This document shows, in pieces, positions 12,887-25,300 of a stretch of 64,000 nt of DNA. The notes beneath the pieces were generated by a model. It had not been told where the DNA came from. It did no database searches and worked only from the letters and a program-made list of their open reading frames with translations. The stretch is from Leidyana gryllorum EB-2025a. Taxonomy: Eukaryota > Protista > Apicomplexa. The position numbers were made by a program, and so were the translations under genes. Location: NCBI GenBank assembly GCA_048772705.1, contig JBLWGC010000043.1, positions 372,001-436,000 on the forward strand, in the 5' to 3' direction. Each line of letters starts with the position of its first letter. Within the stretch, counting starts at the first letter, position 1.

Positions 12887-13970
12887 ATGTCCTCAAGCTC
12901 CACAGGTGGACCAGCCTCAGGAATTGAGGCTGGACTCGAGACTTTGGAGAACAATCTTCAAAGACTCGATGAAGGAGATATTCTTGAACCTATTGACGAC
13001 AAAACTGCTAATGGCGAGGTGCAATGGTTAGGCCAGGAGCCCGCTTATCATGACCTTGAAGTTGTTTCATACACCAAGTACGATGCCCAGGTACGTAGAT
13101 TCCCCCCACCCGACACCAGTGAAACCGTTCCTCTTGCGTAGGAGTGGATGGGCCGTATCAAGAAGTACAAAGTGGAACTCTGTCAACAAGGTGGCCGTGT
13201 TCGACGCTTGGAGTTGGAAGTGAAGAAACTCAAGGAGGAACTCAATGAACAGACTCTGTCAATTGAAGAAGGCCAGAAAGCCATCGAGGAGATCTTTCAG
13301 AGGGTGAACGAGGCTCAAGCGGTGCTTCAGGAAGAGCAGGAACGCAAGCGCAATTTCGATGTCGAGAACAGCACTTTGCAGAGACATCTTTTGGACGGGT
13401 AGGTTTAGTTAGCCTCACGAAAGCTTCCTCCATAACAGCCTTTCTTCACCTCCAGACGGAAAGCCACTGAGCGGATGAACATCCAGAGTACCTACTTTTT
13501 CAACAGAATGCGAGCTTTAGAAGCTGAAAATATGCAAAGCCAACAGCGCTACGAGGCGTGTCTCGGAGAGAAAGAGAGATTGCGGCTTGAAAGAGAGTGG
13601 TTCTTCCGGGAGAGAATTTTCCTGGAGGAGACCACCGCTCAGGAAGAGCGAGATGCGGTGTGGGACGAACTGAAACTGAGATTGGCTAAACTGCGGCACT
13701 CCATGCATCGGGCATGGACCGACGCAAAGGTAGGAACTGAAAAACGGGGGTGTGAATGATGAATGTGACCTGCAGAGAGACGATGTGAGAGGCCAGTTGC
13801 GGGCAGCCAGATGGTCACCCCTTCGGGAAGAATGGTTCGCGAGTCGCAAGCGCATGTACCCTGCCCGGCCAAACGTTGAGTTTGAGCAGTCGGGCGGCAG
13901 TGGCAGTGGACCGCGGGACGAATCCGAAGGACAGACAGCGTCGCAACCCGAAAGCTCATCCAAATCGTGA
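12887..13970 (+). CDS. Hypothetical coiled-coil protein (multi-exon)
   Basis: Successive E/K/R/Q-rich heptad ORFs separated by short GT-AG introns. Confidence 0.65.
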
Positions 13971-14044
13971 ACCAGCTAATTCATACTCGAGTTGTTTGAG
14001 ACACGGAGAAATAGCAATCATTTAGGAGCACATCACCAAATACC

Positions 14045-14374
14045 TCAACGCAAAAGAGGGATAGCAGAATGTGAAGTTGTGTGAGTGTAGATCGGTTGGG
14101 GAAGGTAATTCCGTAGGGCGTCGCGGGAGATCCGTACTTCGAGAGGGACCATGAAAGCGGGCACCAAACTTGTCGAGTATAAGGGAGTAAAACCATGAGG
14201 CCAAGACGATACAGGCGTTGCACCAACCGGGGTGTATTTCGCGCTCGACTCGGCAGTGTAGCTGAAGGATGTGTAAGTTTGGGTGTTAGTGGGCTGGCCG
14301 GGAACAAATGAGCGGGTCATGGGCACAGCACCGTAAGATCGCGCAAGAGGCACAGTGCTGCTCATGGGTCGCAT
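14045..14374 (-). CDS. Possible small hypothetical protein
   Basis: ATG-initiated 109-aa S/T/P/Y-rich ORF filling the gap between neighbouring genes; no homology recognised. Confidence 0.3.
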   Translation of the reverse strand: MRPMSSTVPLARSYGAVPMTRSFVPGQPTNTQTYTSFSYTAESSAKYTPVGATPVSSWPHGFTPLYSTSLVPAFMVPLEVRISRDALRNYLPQPIYTHTTSHSAIPLLR

Positions 14375-14522
14375 CGATCAAGTAACAGAGAAGAAGGCGC
14401 TTGGTAGTATGAACCCGCGAAGTCACTTGCTGTAAAGAATTGCTTTCAAGGGCTATAGAGTGTGTGCATCGCCCCGGCACACGCGAGATTGGCAATCCCT
14501 GCCTCCCAATTTTTTTAGCGTC

Positions 14523-15644
14523 ATGCCGCGGTCTGGAGGGCGTAGAAAGAAGACCCGCACGCATCGTCCGACAGACGAAGGCAGTGCGCTTGTTCAGCCC
14601 CCCAAGTCGTTCGTCGTACGGAAAGGGAAGACGGTGAAGTCCGTCTCCCAGCTGGCCAAGGATGTGCGAATGATGATGTTGCCATATACGGCCAAGAATC
14701 TGAAGGAGCGGAAATCCAATACCGTCAAGGATTTCGTAGCGGTTGCGAGTCCCCTGGGAGTGACGCACATGTTGGTGCTCTCCCAGAGGACGTCGAATGT
14801 GTATCTGAAGATGGCCAAGTTGTCCAGAGGTCCGACCTTTGTCTTTGAGGTGCTTCAATATAGTTTGATGAGAGACGTGCGAGCCAGTCAGAAAGCTCCC
14901 CGAACTACCATGGCAGACTACGCTAAATCGCCTCTGATGGTGCTGCACGGGTTTAAAACGTCCGCGGCAGCCATGTCAGTAAAAAACGAGGAGGACATGG
15001 AGGAGGCGGCAAATTCGACCTTCAACTGCTCAGCTGAAGCGATCGAGCGAATGAAGGCATATTTCGTGTCAATGTTCCCTTCGATTGATATTCGGGAAGT
15101 AAAGGTAAGGCTATTGTGAGTAAATGTCTCCTCCATGTGGGTTGCGCCAGATTGACCAGGCGTCCAAACGGGTAGTACTGTTTCACCAAGTGGCACCGGG
15201 CGTAGTGGAATTGAGGCAGTACGCTGTCATTCGGGAGTACTCTGGGGTCAACAAGGCTGTGGCTTCGTTGTACCAGCAATCTCGTAGCCTGAAATCGAAG
15301 CGGTTGAACTTAGAGGAGATAGCACAGATGGCTGCTGACGTTAAAAAGGTCAAAGAGGAACCCCTAGACTCGGATCACGAACAGCAACAACAGCCACAAC
15401 AACAGCAACAACCCAAGCTGGAATCTTCGTCGACCATTGAAATTGACAACATGGAAGTCAAATTATCGTAAGTTTCACAGAGTCATTTTCATGAAGCTAA
15501 TATCCATCATCACTCAGATTGACCGAGCTGGGGCCGCGATTGAAATTAAAGTTGGTTAGAATAGAGAGTGGGTGTTGTGGAGGGGAAAGTGAGGAGTTTC
15601 CAGATTACGACAAGATGAAGGGGGAGATGGCGGAAGAAGGATAG
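14523..15644 (+). CDS. SSF1: Brix-domain ribosome biogenesis protein (Ssf1/Peter Pan family)
   Basis: RRKKTRTH...PKSFVVRKG, PYTAKNLKERKSN.VKDFV.VA.PLGVTH, GPTF.F, MFPSID, spliced LTELGPRLKLKLVRIESG. Confidence 0.92.
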
Positions 15645-15734
15645 ATTGATCTTGAGCAGCGAGCAGCGTCCTGTACAGGGCTGAACGCCCAATGGGTGCT
15701 TGAGGAAGGAGTTCTTTAGTTTATATCAAATACA

Positions 15735-17366
15735 TCATTGCTCGTTCGAGAGACCAAAGTATCTGCGAGGTAGTAGCCTCTCGTCCAAGAAGAGCAGTAT
15801 GACATAAAACAGACCAAAAGTACCTAGTACACCTACTCCGACGCCGATGTAGGACTCCAACGGTGTGTGGTAAAATGCGGCCGTAGCGAAAGCGGCGTAG
15901 ATCATTAGACTGATGATGACGAGGTCAGCTAACGTTAGGGCATAGAGCATCACGCTGCCCATCAGCGCTGGACTTTCAAACTCCGTCGTGGGGACCAGTG
16001 GGTCTCGTCTCTTGCCTTTGGACATTCGTCGAAATCGCCACAGGCAATATAGCTCCGTTGATATGACGAAGCAGAGCATAGTATACAGGACGATATGATC
16101 GCTGAAGTCCACTACTTCTGCCCCGGATCGATCAAACTCCCGCAGGAAAGCTTGGACTCCGGGGAAGCGCTCGATCGCTCCGAGCAAGCTGTAGAGAACC
16201 AGCGCTCGCCAGATCCCCCAGGCCACATACGTGAGTAGACGGGGTACGTGGATGACGAACCATGACTGAGCGGTATAGAGTGAATGACACCAGGTCACCA
16301 GGATGATGAAAATGGTCCAGAGTGGGTTGCGCACAAGGCGTTCCAGTACGGCTTCTAAGGGATAGTTGGGAGTGATCAATCCATTTGACCGATCCACCAG
16401 TGGCGACAGCGATCCCTCGAGGTCTTCTTTCCAATATACGCAGATCCGTTGGAGCTTCTTACTCTTCAATGGTTGAAACTGCAGCAAGGTGAAATTCTTT
16501 GGCGTCTGAATGAAGCCTTGAAGATCACAGCTGACTTCTTCGTCCGCTACTGGCAATGGTGGCTTGTAGAGACAACTTGACATTTCGGACTCCGCCGACA
16601 GCTGAGGCACTCCGTCCCACCGGAGAGAAGAGCACAGCAGGACCTCCGAGAAGGCCGCGAGGGCGTAATTCTGATCCTGTTTGCGCCTCTGGCGGTAGGC
16701 TCGCTTGTCGTCTCCCAGGACGTAGAAGCTCCAATGGCGGTTTTCATGCATCAAGGGACCAACAGCGTCGCGCACAGCAGCCCCAGCCACTACGTGCGGA
16801 GTGTCGAGTAATCGCTTGGCAATATCAAAGTCCAGGCCAACTCCTTGTTCGATACCCGGATAGCTTATACGATGTAAGCGAGGCGAAAGAACGCTCCATT
16901 TCCGCTGACTGAAGGTCGAGCCCAAGAATACGGCCCACCAGAGCAGCAGGATAACAACCAAATGGAGTCTCAAAAGATGACCCCAGGGACTGTTCCATAT
17001 TGATTTTCTGACAGTAGTAGTCGTCGAATTTTGTCTTGCACTCGATGGGGCTTCGGTAGACGAGACGGCCCATGTTGCCGAAGCTGAACTCGCCCGTCGA
17101 CGATACGTGCCGAAATCAGATACAGAATTGGAATGAAAATGGCATCGCTGGTCAAGATTTGGGCTGGTCAAGACAGAGTGCGACCGCGAAAGCCATGGTC
17201 GTGGACTGTCGGAAAGCCGACCAGTACTCACTTCTGGGACGGCTGCTGGCTCGTGGACCGTCGTTGGCGCTCTCCAATGAGACACAGGGTCTTCCAATGA
17301 CAACGGTTCGGCTAGCAGATGATTCCTGTCAGTTAGAGCATCTGCAAATTTTAGTTGCCCCTCCAT
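15735..17366 (-). CDS. Multi-pass membrane protein with FIT/Scs3-like (PAP2-fold) catalytic motifs
   Basis: 543-aa ORF with about 6 TM helices; VDFSDHIVLY and TAAFYHTPLESYIG resemble the FIT2 motifs FDISGH and YFHxxxEKxxG. Confidence 0.6.
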   Translation of the reverse strand: MEGQLKFADALTDRNHLLAEPLSLEDPVSHWRAPTTVHEPAAVPEVSTGRLSDSPRPWLSRSHSVLTSPNLDQRCHFHSNSVSDFGTYRRRASSASATWAVSSTEAPSSARQNSTTTTVRKSIWNSPWGHLLRLHLVVILLLWWAVFLGSTFSQRKWSVLSPRLHRISYPGIEQGVGLDFDIAKRLLDTPHVVAGAAVRDAVGPLMHENRHWSFYVLGDDKRAYRQRRKQDQNYALAAFSEVLLCSSLRWDGVPQLSAESEMSSCLYKPPLPVADEEVSCDLQGFIQTPKNFTLLQFQPLKSKKLQRICVYWKEDLEGSLSPLVDRSNGLITPNYPLEAVLERLVRNPLWTIFIILVTWCHSLYTAQSWFVIHVPRLLTYVAWGIWRALVLYSLLGAIERFPGVQAFLREFDRSGAEVVDFSDHIVLYTMLCFVISTELYCLWRFRRMSKGKRRDPLVPTTEFESPALMGSVMLYALTLADLVIISLMIYAAFATAAFYHTPLESYIGVGVGVLGTFGLFYVILLFLDERLLPRRYFGLSNEQ

Positions 17367-17395
17367 CGACTATCATTCTCGCCCCAAAATATTCA

Positions 17396-18610
17396 CTACT
17401 CCAAAAGTGGAGGCCCTGACGGTGCACCCAATATTCGGTCGCCCAATACGCGATTCTTCCAGTCCTTTCTGCTGCCAAACCCGCTGCCAACCCAGAACCC
17501 CTCGGGCCAGTTAGACGCTGATTTGTACTTCATGGCTGTCACCAACGCTTCCTGATCCACCACTTGACGACAAGGCATCCGCGTTTTACATTCCTGAAAG
17601 AATTTGTTCCGCAACATGGCACTTTGGCCCCTGAAATTCGGCCCCGTCGTAGCACAACTGCCGCCTGGAGCCGCTGCTGCTCGTGCATCTCGACAACTAC
17701 CATCGTGGGGGTTCAAAACGTAATCAACCGGACAATCGGCGTCCAAGTCCTGTTCACAAGTCTCAGCGCCCTCTTCCAGATTGCAGCTGAATGCAGCTGA
17801 AACAACGGGGGTGCCAGTCATCTCCTCGCGTCCTCTTTCTCTCTCTCACCGTTACAGATCGTAGCAAAAACCTCCTTTCTCGCTGGATCCAGGCCTCCCA
17901 GATCATAAGTGCCTTGGCAGGGACCACTTGAGTGACTTTGTCATGGCGGCCGAGAGAACCAAATATAGACTCACTGATACGACATTGGTGCCATACAAAC
18001 CTCGCGAGACCCAGAATGGATGATTTCCCACCCCTTTGGGCACTGATGAAGCGAAATGAAGTGAAGATGGTGCAGCAGACGGGCCGGCGGCCTCACTGGT
18101 AGTGTGAACTGCTGGGAAGATTTTGCATCGCACATTGATTTAGCACACGGGAAAGACGCTCGGCACTGTTCACTCTGACGGATTGTGTCGGAGCGAAAGT
18201 CCGTTATGACACTGCAGGGGCCCGTGTAAGACTCGAATGCGTGGCACAGACCACTGGGCAGTTGTTGCCAGCCTGTGGGACAGGGGGCTCGCCAGTTCCG
18301 ACTACACAACCAGTCGACGGGCGCTGGAGATGGGTGACGGAGGGTGTCATTTAACTCCTCAGCGTCCATCAGGGCCTCCAGACTGCCCGAGAGGAGTAGA
18401 GTGGCTGGCAATCACACCTTACAGATCGGGCGGGGGCAGAGGCGCTTGATTGAGAAGATCTGCCTCGTCATCAGGTGTGGCTGATCGCAAAGCATCGGCT
18501 AGTTCGTCTTCCATTGCTATCTCGGAGTCAATGGGCTGGTCAGACTCGTCGTCGTCATCAGCTGTTGCTGTCCACAGTTTGATCACCAAAAGTGCGAACA
18601 CACATCTCAT
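17396..18610 (-). CDS. CPW-WPC family secreted protein (multi-exon)
   Basis: Signal peptide MRCVFALLVIKLWTATA; three repeats such as CSRNWRAPCPTGW...C.A..SYTGPC...C.ASFPC, CPKGW...CMAPMSY and CEQDLDADCPVDY...ECKTRMPC. Confidence 0.85.
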
Positions 18611-18616
18611 AGAAAG

Positions 18617-19703
18617 CTAGTTGAAATCCAGCCAGGTCTCGGCAGGCAATGCGGCAGTTTGATATTTGTCCTATGATCAATAGATGTGTTAGGGGAGACG
18701 CAGGTCTCACCTTGAGGTATCTGACAATTTCACTGCTTTCAAACATTCCGACTTTGCCGTTGGGGTCATACAGATAGGGGATTTTGATGAAACCCAAACG
18801 CTTGCGCAGGGCACTGATGTCCTTCTCGTGCTCTTTCAGAAATTCCTTTCTCTTGCCGACAGAGCCCATCGGTACATTATGTAACAAGTAAGGCAGTTCC
18901 CTGACGAGTTGAGAAAGATGGATCGGGCACGGCCACGGCGGTCTGCTGCACTTACAAGACACAAAGAGTTTCACGGACGCGACGGCAGGGCCCGGACGAT
19001 TCATGTCCCCACAGTTCGAGAGGCTGTTCGGCAATGCGAGCGGGTGCTCTCATCCATCCCATATCGAGTGACGGGCCTGGAAAGGGTTGTGATGGGACGA
19101 CGGCGGGTCGACATTGAACGAGCTTACGGAGGAATATGGTCAGCCACATACTGATGTCCAACCACGGCTGGCTGAAGGCAATGCGGTAGTTGAGGGGCGC
19201 TTTGGCGTGCTCTCCATACGTCTTCCACAAATAGGCCATGATTTCGTTGGAGTGGTACATCTTTTGGTTTGTGTTAGCTGCATTGGGGGTTTGGGGGAGA
19301 TCAGAAGGTATTGTCGTCGCTTACGATCAACTAAGAATGGGAACATTGCCGTTCCACCGTCTTTCTTCACTTCTGGGCGGAACCTGGAATTCAGACACTT
19401 GCCGTATCCGTTGAAGGTTTCACGTGGGCAGGGATAACACTCATAGTCGATATCCAAGACAGCCAGGGTCTCGCGAACCCGACGACAGTAGGGACAACCT
19501 TCATACTCGTAGAGCCTCAGGGGCTTTTCGGGCCGGTTGCATTTCTCAATGCCTTGAGCCACCTTGCGGCCTGGGGCCAATCGCACCAAGTCGACGAGTG
19601 CGAGTGTTAAGAGGTCTATGAAAGCATATAGCCACGGCAGGTAGGTTCGGAGTGCTTGGTAGAAGCAGTCTACACTGTAGTAGACAAACTTGGAGTATCC
19701 CAT
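18617..19703 (-). CDS. Tandem GST-N/thioredoxin-fold protein (glutathione S-transferase family)
   Basis: LRLYEYEGCPYCRRVRETLAVLD...FPFLVD...YHSNEIMAYL and a second copy LELWGHESSGPCRRVRETLCVL...PYLYDPN...FESSEIVRYL. Confidence 0.88.
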
Positions 19704-19764
19704 GTTACTACTGGACGGATTGATTCGTTTTTTGGGGAGACAGTGCTAGTCTGGAAGGTTTCAA

Positions 19765-20904
19765 TTAGTGTGCATTGGTGCGCTTATCAGTGGTAGCTCT
19801 GGGCAAACCCTTGTAGAAAAACCGGGGTTTGGCGAAGCTCCCAGCATGAATCTCAGGCGAGTAATAATTGAGAGTTTCCGACATCTCGTCAATTTCGGCA
19901 CTACGTTCTGCTGCGATAGCCCGGATGCTCTTCGGCCCCTTGGATCCGGTCACAAACCCAATCAAACCGCAAGGGTACACGGGAATAGAGATGTTGTAGT
20001 AGTCAACCGAGTCGAAAATGGCTTTGCACGCCTCCAGGCTCTTGCCAATCGTCGTCGGATGCAGCCACATGCATTCACCCTGGAACACAGCGAAACCCGA
20101 CGGGGTGAGAGCCTTGTGCACCTTCTGGTAGAACTCGGGCTGGAACAGAGGCTGGTTGGGACCGATGGGATCACTGGAGTCGCAGATGATCACATCGTAG
20201 TATCCTTCCAAATTGTTCCGAGACAAATAAGCATTGCCGCACTCGTGCTTCACAATAACTCTTGAGTCGTCCAGAGCACATGCGATGCCATCGAAATACT
20301 CGCGACTCAGCTCCGTCACGCGTCTGTCAATCTCCACGAGGTGAACCTCTTCGACGGTCTTGTGCTTCAGAGCCTCTGAGGGGGACGACAAGTTGTGGTC
20401 ATTCACCGTGGTGGGAGGGCGGCAAATTGGGAGACAGCGGGGCTAAACGACCATTTGGGTTTTGAATCAATCAGCCAATTAGCCGTTGCAGGACGGACGA
20501 TCTGAGACGTTTTCGGTGGCTTACCGCGAACAATGCCTCCATCACCGCCTCCGATGACCAAAACTCTCTTGGGGTTAGGGTGTGCAGCGAGAGGAACGTG
20601 GGCCATCATCTCGTGATAGGCAAACTCGTCAGCCTCAGTGTTCTGGAAGACATCGTCCAGTACCATCAAGTTGCCAAAGTCAGTGGTCTCATAAATCTTG
20701 ATGTTTTGATAGGGAGTAGTTTCGTTGTGTAGAAGCCGCTTGATTCTGAAGCAGTGGCGCAGGCCGACGGCCTCGAAGTCGCTTCCCTCCGACACCCACT
20801 CGTAGTCTACGCGAGATACGTCAGATCAACGGGTTGTTACATTGTTACATACCGTCCTTGGCGGCATGCCCGGAGGCCGAGATAGTGTTAGAGGCTGTAC
20901 TCAT
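19765..20904 (-). CDS. SPDS: Spermidine synthase (3 exons)
   Basis: [56 protein letters not shown]. Confidence 0.96.
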
Positions 20905-20941
20905 GATTTCAGTTCGCTGGAAGGAAAAATTTTAAACGAAA

Positions 20942-22312
20942 TCAACTCGTCCAGTCTGTTTTGTAGACATCATTGAACCACGGATGATTCAACATTTCCT
21001 CAGCAGTACAACGACACTCCGGCGCGTAGGCCAGCAGCCTGTAGCGATTATCACGTAGATCACAGACGAAATGTTGACTTACTTGTCCAACAAGTCCTTG
21101 GCATCGTCCCCAATGCACTCGTCTGTCCGAAGATGATCGAACCGGTCCGAACGCCGCCTCCAGCGAGGCCACTGGGCTTGGAAGCTCGGCAAACCGCCCA
21201 ATCCCGGCCAGTCCTCCTCTGTTGGTGTGCCCATCATCTGAAAGGTCTTGAAGAGAGTCTCCATCTCCGAGTCCCCAGCGAATATTGGCCGACCATACAG
21301 CAGCTCTAGCATAATGCATCCAAGAGACCACATATCGATGCTGGTAGTGTAGTGCTCAAACCCTAGAACTATCTCAGGCGCTCGGTACCACAACGTTACC
21401 ACCTCGTGTGTGAGAGGACGGACCGGAAGAGGGTAGATGCGAGCCAATCCGAAATCAGCAATCTTCACCTCGAGACACTGCAATATGACCGCCACAGCAT
21501 AGTCCGATATCTGACCCGATCTATCCACACCATTATCAATGACAGCCAGAATGTCGTCTGTTGTCCAGGTCGGATCAAGATGGCCAGCATACTGGAGCTC
21601 AGCCGGGAGTCCATGGTTATCCCATGTCGTGTCGGGGATCCGAAAGTCCACCAACACATTGCTTGGCTTCATATCTCGATGCATCTGACACGATCGCAAT
21701 GTGATGGCCCGAACAAAAACGACAAACTTACGATCTGACGCTCGTGGCAGAATGCCAGGCCTTTGGCCATCTGGTACATAATCATCTTGACAACCGGCAG
21801 AGGTAAGCGACGCTTAGGGAAGCGTTTGGTAAACTTGCGAAGGTCGCACTCGTGATAGTCAAACTCCAACAAGAGCAGCGGGAGCCCCCGAGGGCCCATC
21901 TGAGGTTCCACGAATATACTGTTCAGGGATACGATGTTTGGGTGCGATAGGCATCTGCAGGACAACAAGAGTATGACCCCCAGCCTGAGAGGACTGCTTA
22001 CTTCAGTAGCTTGATTTCGCGTAGAGAGGTAGCAGGAAGTCCATCATCAGGATTGTTGGTTCTTATCTTCTTCAGAGCTACGATGCGGCCTGTTGCGTGC
22101 TCCAGCGCTCGATAAACCACCCCATAAGTTCCCTCTCCAATGATCTGGAGCAGCTGATACTTGTCGCGATGGTTCTTGAAACTCGCTGGTGCCACTTCAG
22201 CCGACACAACACCTTGGTCAGTCGTCAGGACCTGGACCGGTGCCTGTGGATAAGCTGATGACCGGCATCGTTTCCGATTAGCAGAAGCCCGATCCATGGT
22301 GATGGAGCCCAT
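20942..22312 (-). CDS. Cyclin-dependent kinase-related kinase (4 exons)
   Basis: [22 protein letters not shown] (PSTAIRE variant), [28 protein letters not shown]. Confidence 0.95.
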
Positions 22313-22388
22313 TTGACCTCAGTCGCGGTCGGGTTAGGAGGAATACAAACACGACTCTACAGACAATGGATGTCTTGCCTCTGGTCAG

Positions 22389-25300
22389 TCAGCCCATTCC
22401 CCCATCCAGACTCCCGCAGTTGAAGCTCCGGGTGCTCGGTGAGTAATCAATCACCATTTGAGGCAACACGGAACCCCGCAGTGTATGGAACCATCCTTTC
22501 GATCCTCTCGGTCTATGGGTTTCTTTGGGTAAGCTCGTGAGATACGATAACCAATACTGGTACCACGGCATAGTTGGAAGATTTCCAGTCATCGGCCTTG
22601 TTGATCCCCCCCATCGTGTTGTGCTTGGTGATACATCGAGTCCCTACCGTAAGTCCACAGCAGCCCGCCTTCGTTGTCGGATTCCAGACCAGACAGCTGC
22701 TTTGGGAGCCTTCATAGTAGCTTCCTTGTTAGCAGCGGTTGTGGATGTGGCCCTTGCAGCCCAACTTTTGTTCATCATACGTGGTACGCACTCCTGCCGG
22801 CAGTGGCGATCAGCACTCATGGCACTCCTTACACGGGTACAGGTAACGTAGTGGACGCCAGCAATCACACCAAAACGCTACTAACCTTCTGGGTAGTACA
22901 ATTCTCCCTACTGGTGAGATATAACCGACAACCTTTGCAGTGATGTGGCGTCCTCTTCCTTTTCTCGCAGTGTATGACCAGTTACAAGGCCCATGAGCTC
23001 CACCGGAAAGTGGAGTCGGAGGCTCCCGATTTGCTTCGGGGAGAGCCCGCCTCTGAAGCGTCTGAGGAAACGCGAGCGTTTCTCGACTCTCAAATTCCCA
23101 CCGAGAAGTGGACTCCCTTTTCCGGCGCCGCCGTCTGTGCGGAGAGTGACTTGGAGGTGGGAAGGAATGCTGAAGAATGACAATCCTCTCAGAACTTGAG
23201 CCTTCACTGACTGACGAAACTTTGCCTGCCATTGACCAAGTCGACCAAAAAGCCGGTGCCATGGAACATGCGCATAGCGACGACGAGCCGAGCCAGATGT
23301 GCCATGTGATTTCTTTCCTCAGCGGGCAGCAAGTCCGCGAGGACGTGTTGGAAGGCAGTCGAAGCGAAGCGGTAAAAGATGGGCGTTCCATCTGGTTGGA
23401 AGCCATAGGTCTGTAACCTCTCTTTGAGCAGCTGATCTGTAAGTCGATCCACACTTTCCTTCCCGGGATCGGGCCCCAGACTTGCGCGCGGGGAGACGCC
23501 TTCCCGCGCGTGGCCGACTCTGCGTGGATACTTGGGTGAGTCCGAGAACCCTGCCATGCCCTCTTCCCATCTGGGCACTCCATTCTCAATACTGCTCGGA
23601 CTGCGAGCGCGTCGACCCGCTGGCTCTTCTCTGGGGTCTGGAACAGCGCCAATTAAATAGTTGGAGACAGCAGAAGGATCCGGCAGAGGTCCAGTGGGTC
23701 GGATGGGTCCTCGGGCACGGAACTGGTTCTCGACGGCGGACCGCGAGGGACTAAAGGATTGCGTCTGCGCAGTGTTCAGCCGCACTGCGGGTTCCAGAGC
23801 CCGGGCCGAAGCCGCTGCATCCCGATAGGTCTCTTCTTCATCCATCATCTCGAACCGCGTAACTCTGTCCGGATTCGCGATACTCGGTAACCCCGGACGT
23901 CTCATGATGCCAGTGAGATTCGCCTGACTGCTGCTGTTGAGAACTCCGCTCTCATTCACGCCCGCGGTCCCCTCGTGACTCAATTCGGACGCCGATTGAG
24001 AGAGGCTATGGCTCTGATACAAAAGGGCCGTTGGATCATTGGGAACTGGTGGTTGCTCATAGATGGCGTTTGCATCCGTAGCATATGCCGCCCTGTCATT
24101 ATATTTATCGTGTGCTGCGGTGGTTGTTGTTTGCTCATAGAGGATGTCAGGCTCCTGTGACGTGCCCGCGTCATGCGAGACTTCATCGCCGTAGCCCGAA
24201 TGCACTCCGTCTTCCAATACATTGTCTACAGAGGATTCTCCAGGGACGTGGTCTGGCCGCTCAGCTTTATACTTGATGTCGTGTTCAAAGATCGGCCGAT
24301 GCGTCCGCGCGTACTCGACAGCTTCCCAATAACTCGACTCCTCCGACTCGTCGTCTGCGAGAGGTCCTTTTGTGGGAGAGAGAGAGGGAGACGAGGACAA
24401 CAGAGGAGAGGACAAACTTACAGGTCAATCTACTACGGGAAGTAGCCGGTCGTCGCGCGCTCAACTGTCCACCCTGTGAGCTATAGCCGGAGGCCAATTG
24501 GGCATCGATGATCTGATAGGTCCAAATGACGTCAAGTAGGTCATTTTCATCCATTTCCTCTGGTTCCGGCGCCGGACAACGTTCGAGGAGATCCCGTTTC
24601 AGTAAAGCAGATATAATGGTTTCCAGACTGAAGCGATACGGTGGTGGGGTTGTTAGTGTGGTGATATCATGCAGAACAGCCAATCTGTGACACGGGTGGA
24701 CGCACCTTTGAAGGGGCATAGTACGAGGATAAACTGCAGCGATCTCATAGAAACAGAAAGGGAGAGTGAAAACGCTCGCCGTCTTGGCAACCAACTGTTC
24801 ATCTGGCTCCATCGCTTCTATCAGGAGCATTGTGGCAGCACGGAGCTGCGGTACGTAAGGGACAGTGGCGAGATCTTTGGCAATGGTCACAGAGTACTTT
24901 CGGCGTCGCCTTCGGGCACTCCCAGCACGATTATTCCTCCTCGCGAGATCTGCCAGAATCTGAGACCGTTTGTAAAAGTTGGCAAGACCCGAGTCTGGTC
25001 CGGTCACGGCTCGGTTGGGCAGCTTTGTTCGGACACTGTTGCCTTCCTCCTTGGCCGCAAACTCCAACGGCCCCGGTGGCAAATGGAGATAACGTCGCTT
25101 CTTACCCGCCGTCTCGACGACCGGCGGGTCTTTCTGTGCTGAGAGAGCCGAACTCTGCCGAGTCAACGAATGCCGAGCGCTGGTCGAGTTGCGCGTCATG
25201 ATGACGTCTTTCGATGCATCGAACGACGGAACTGAATTGATATGGGGAGAGGTTTCCAGAGCGGCCACTTTCCGCATGAGCTCATGCAGCAGCCGATCTT

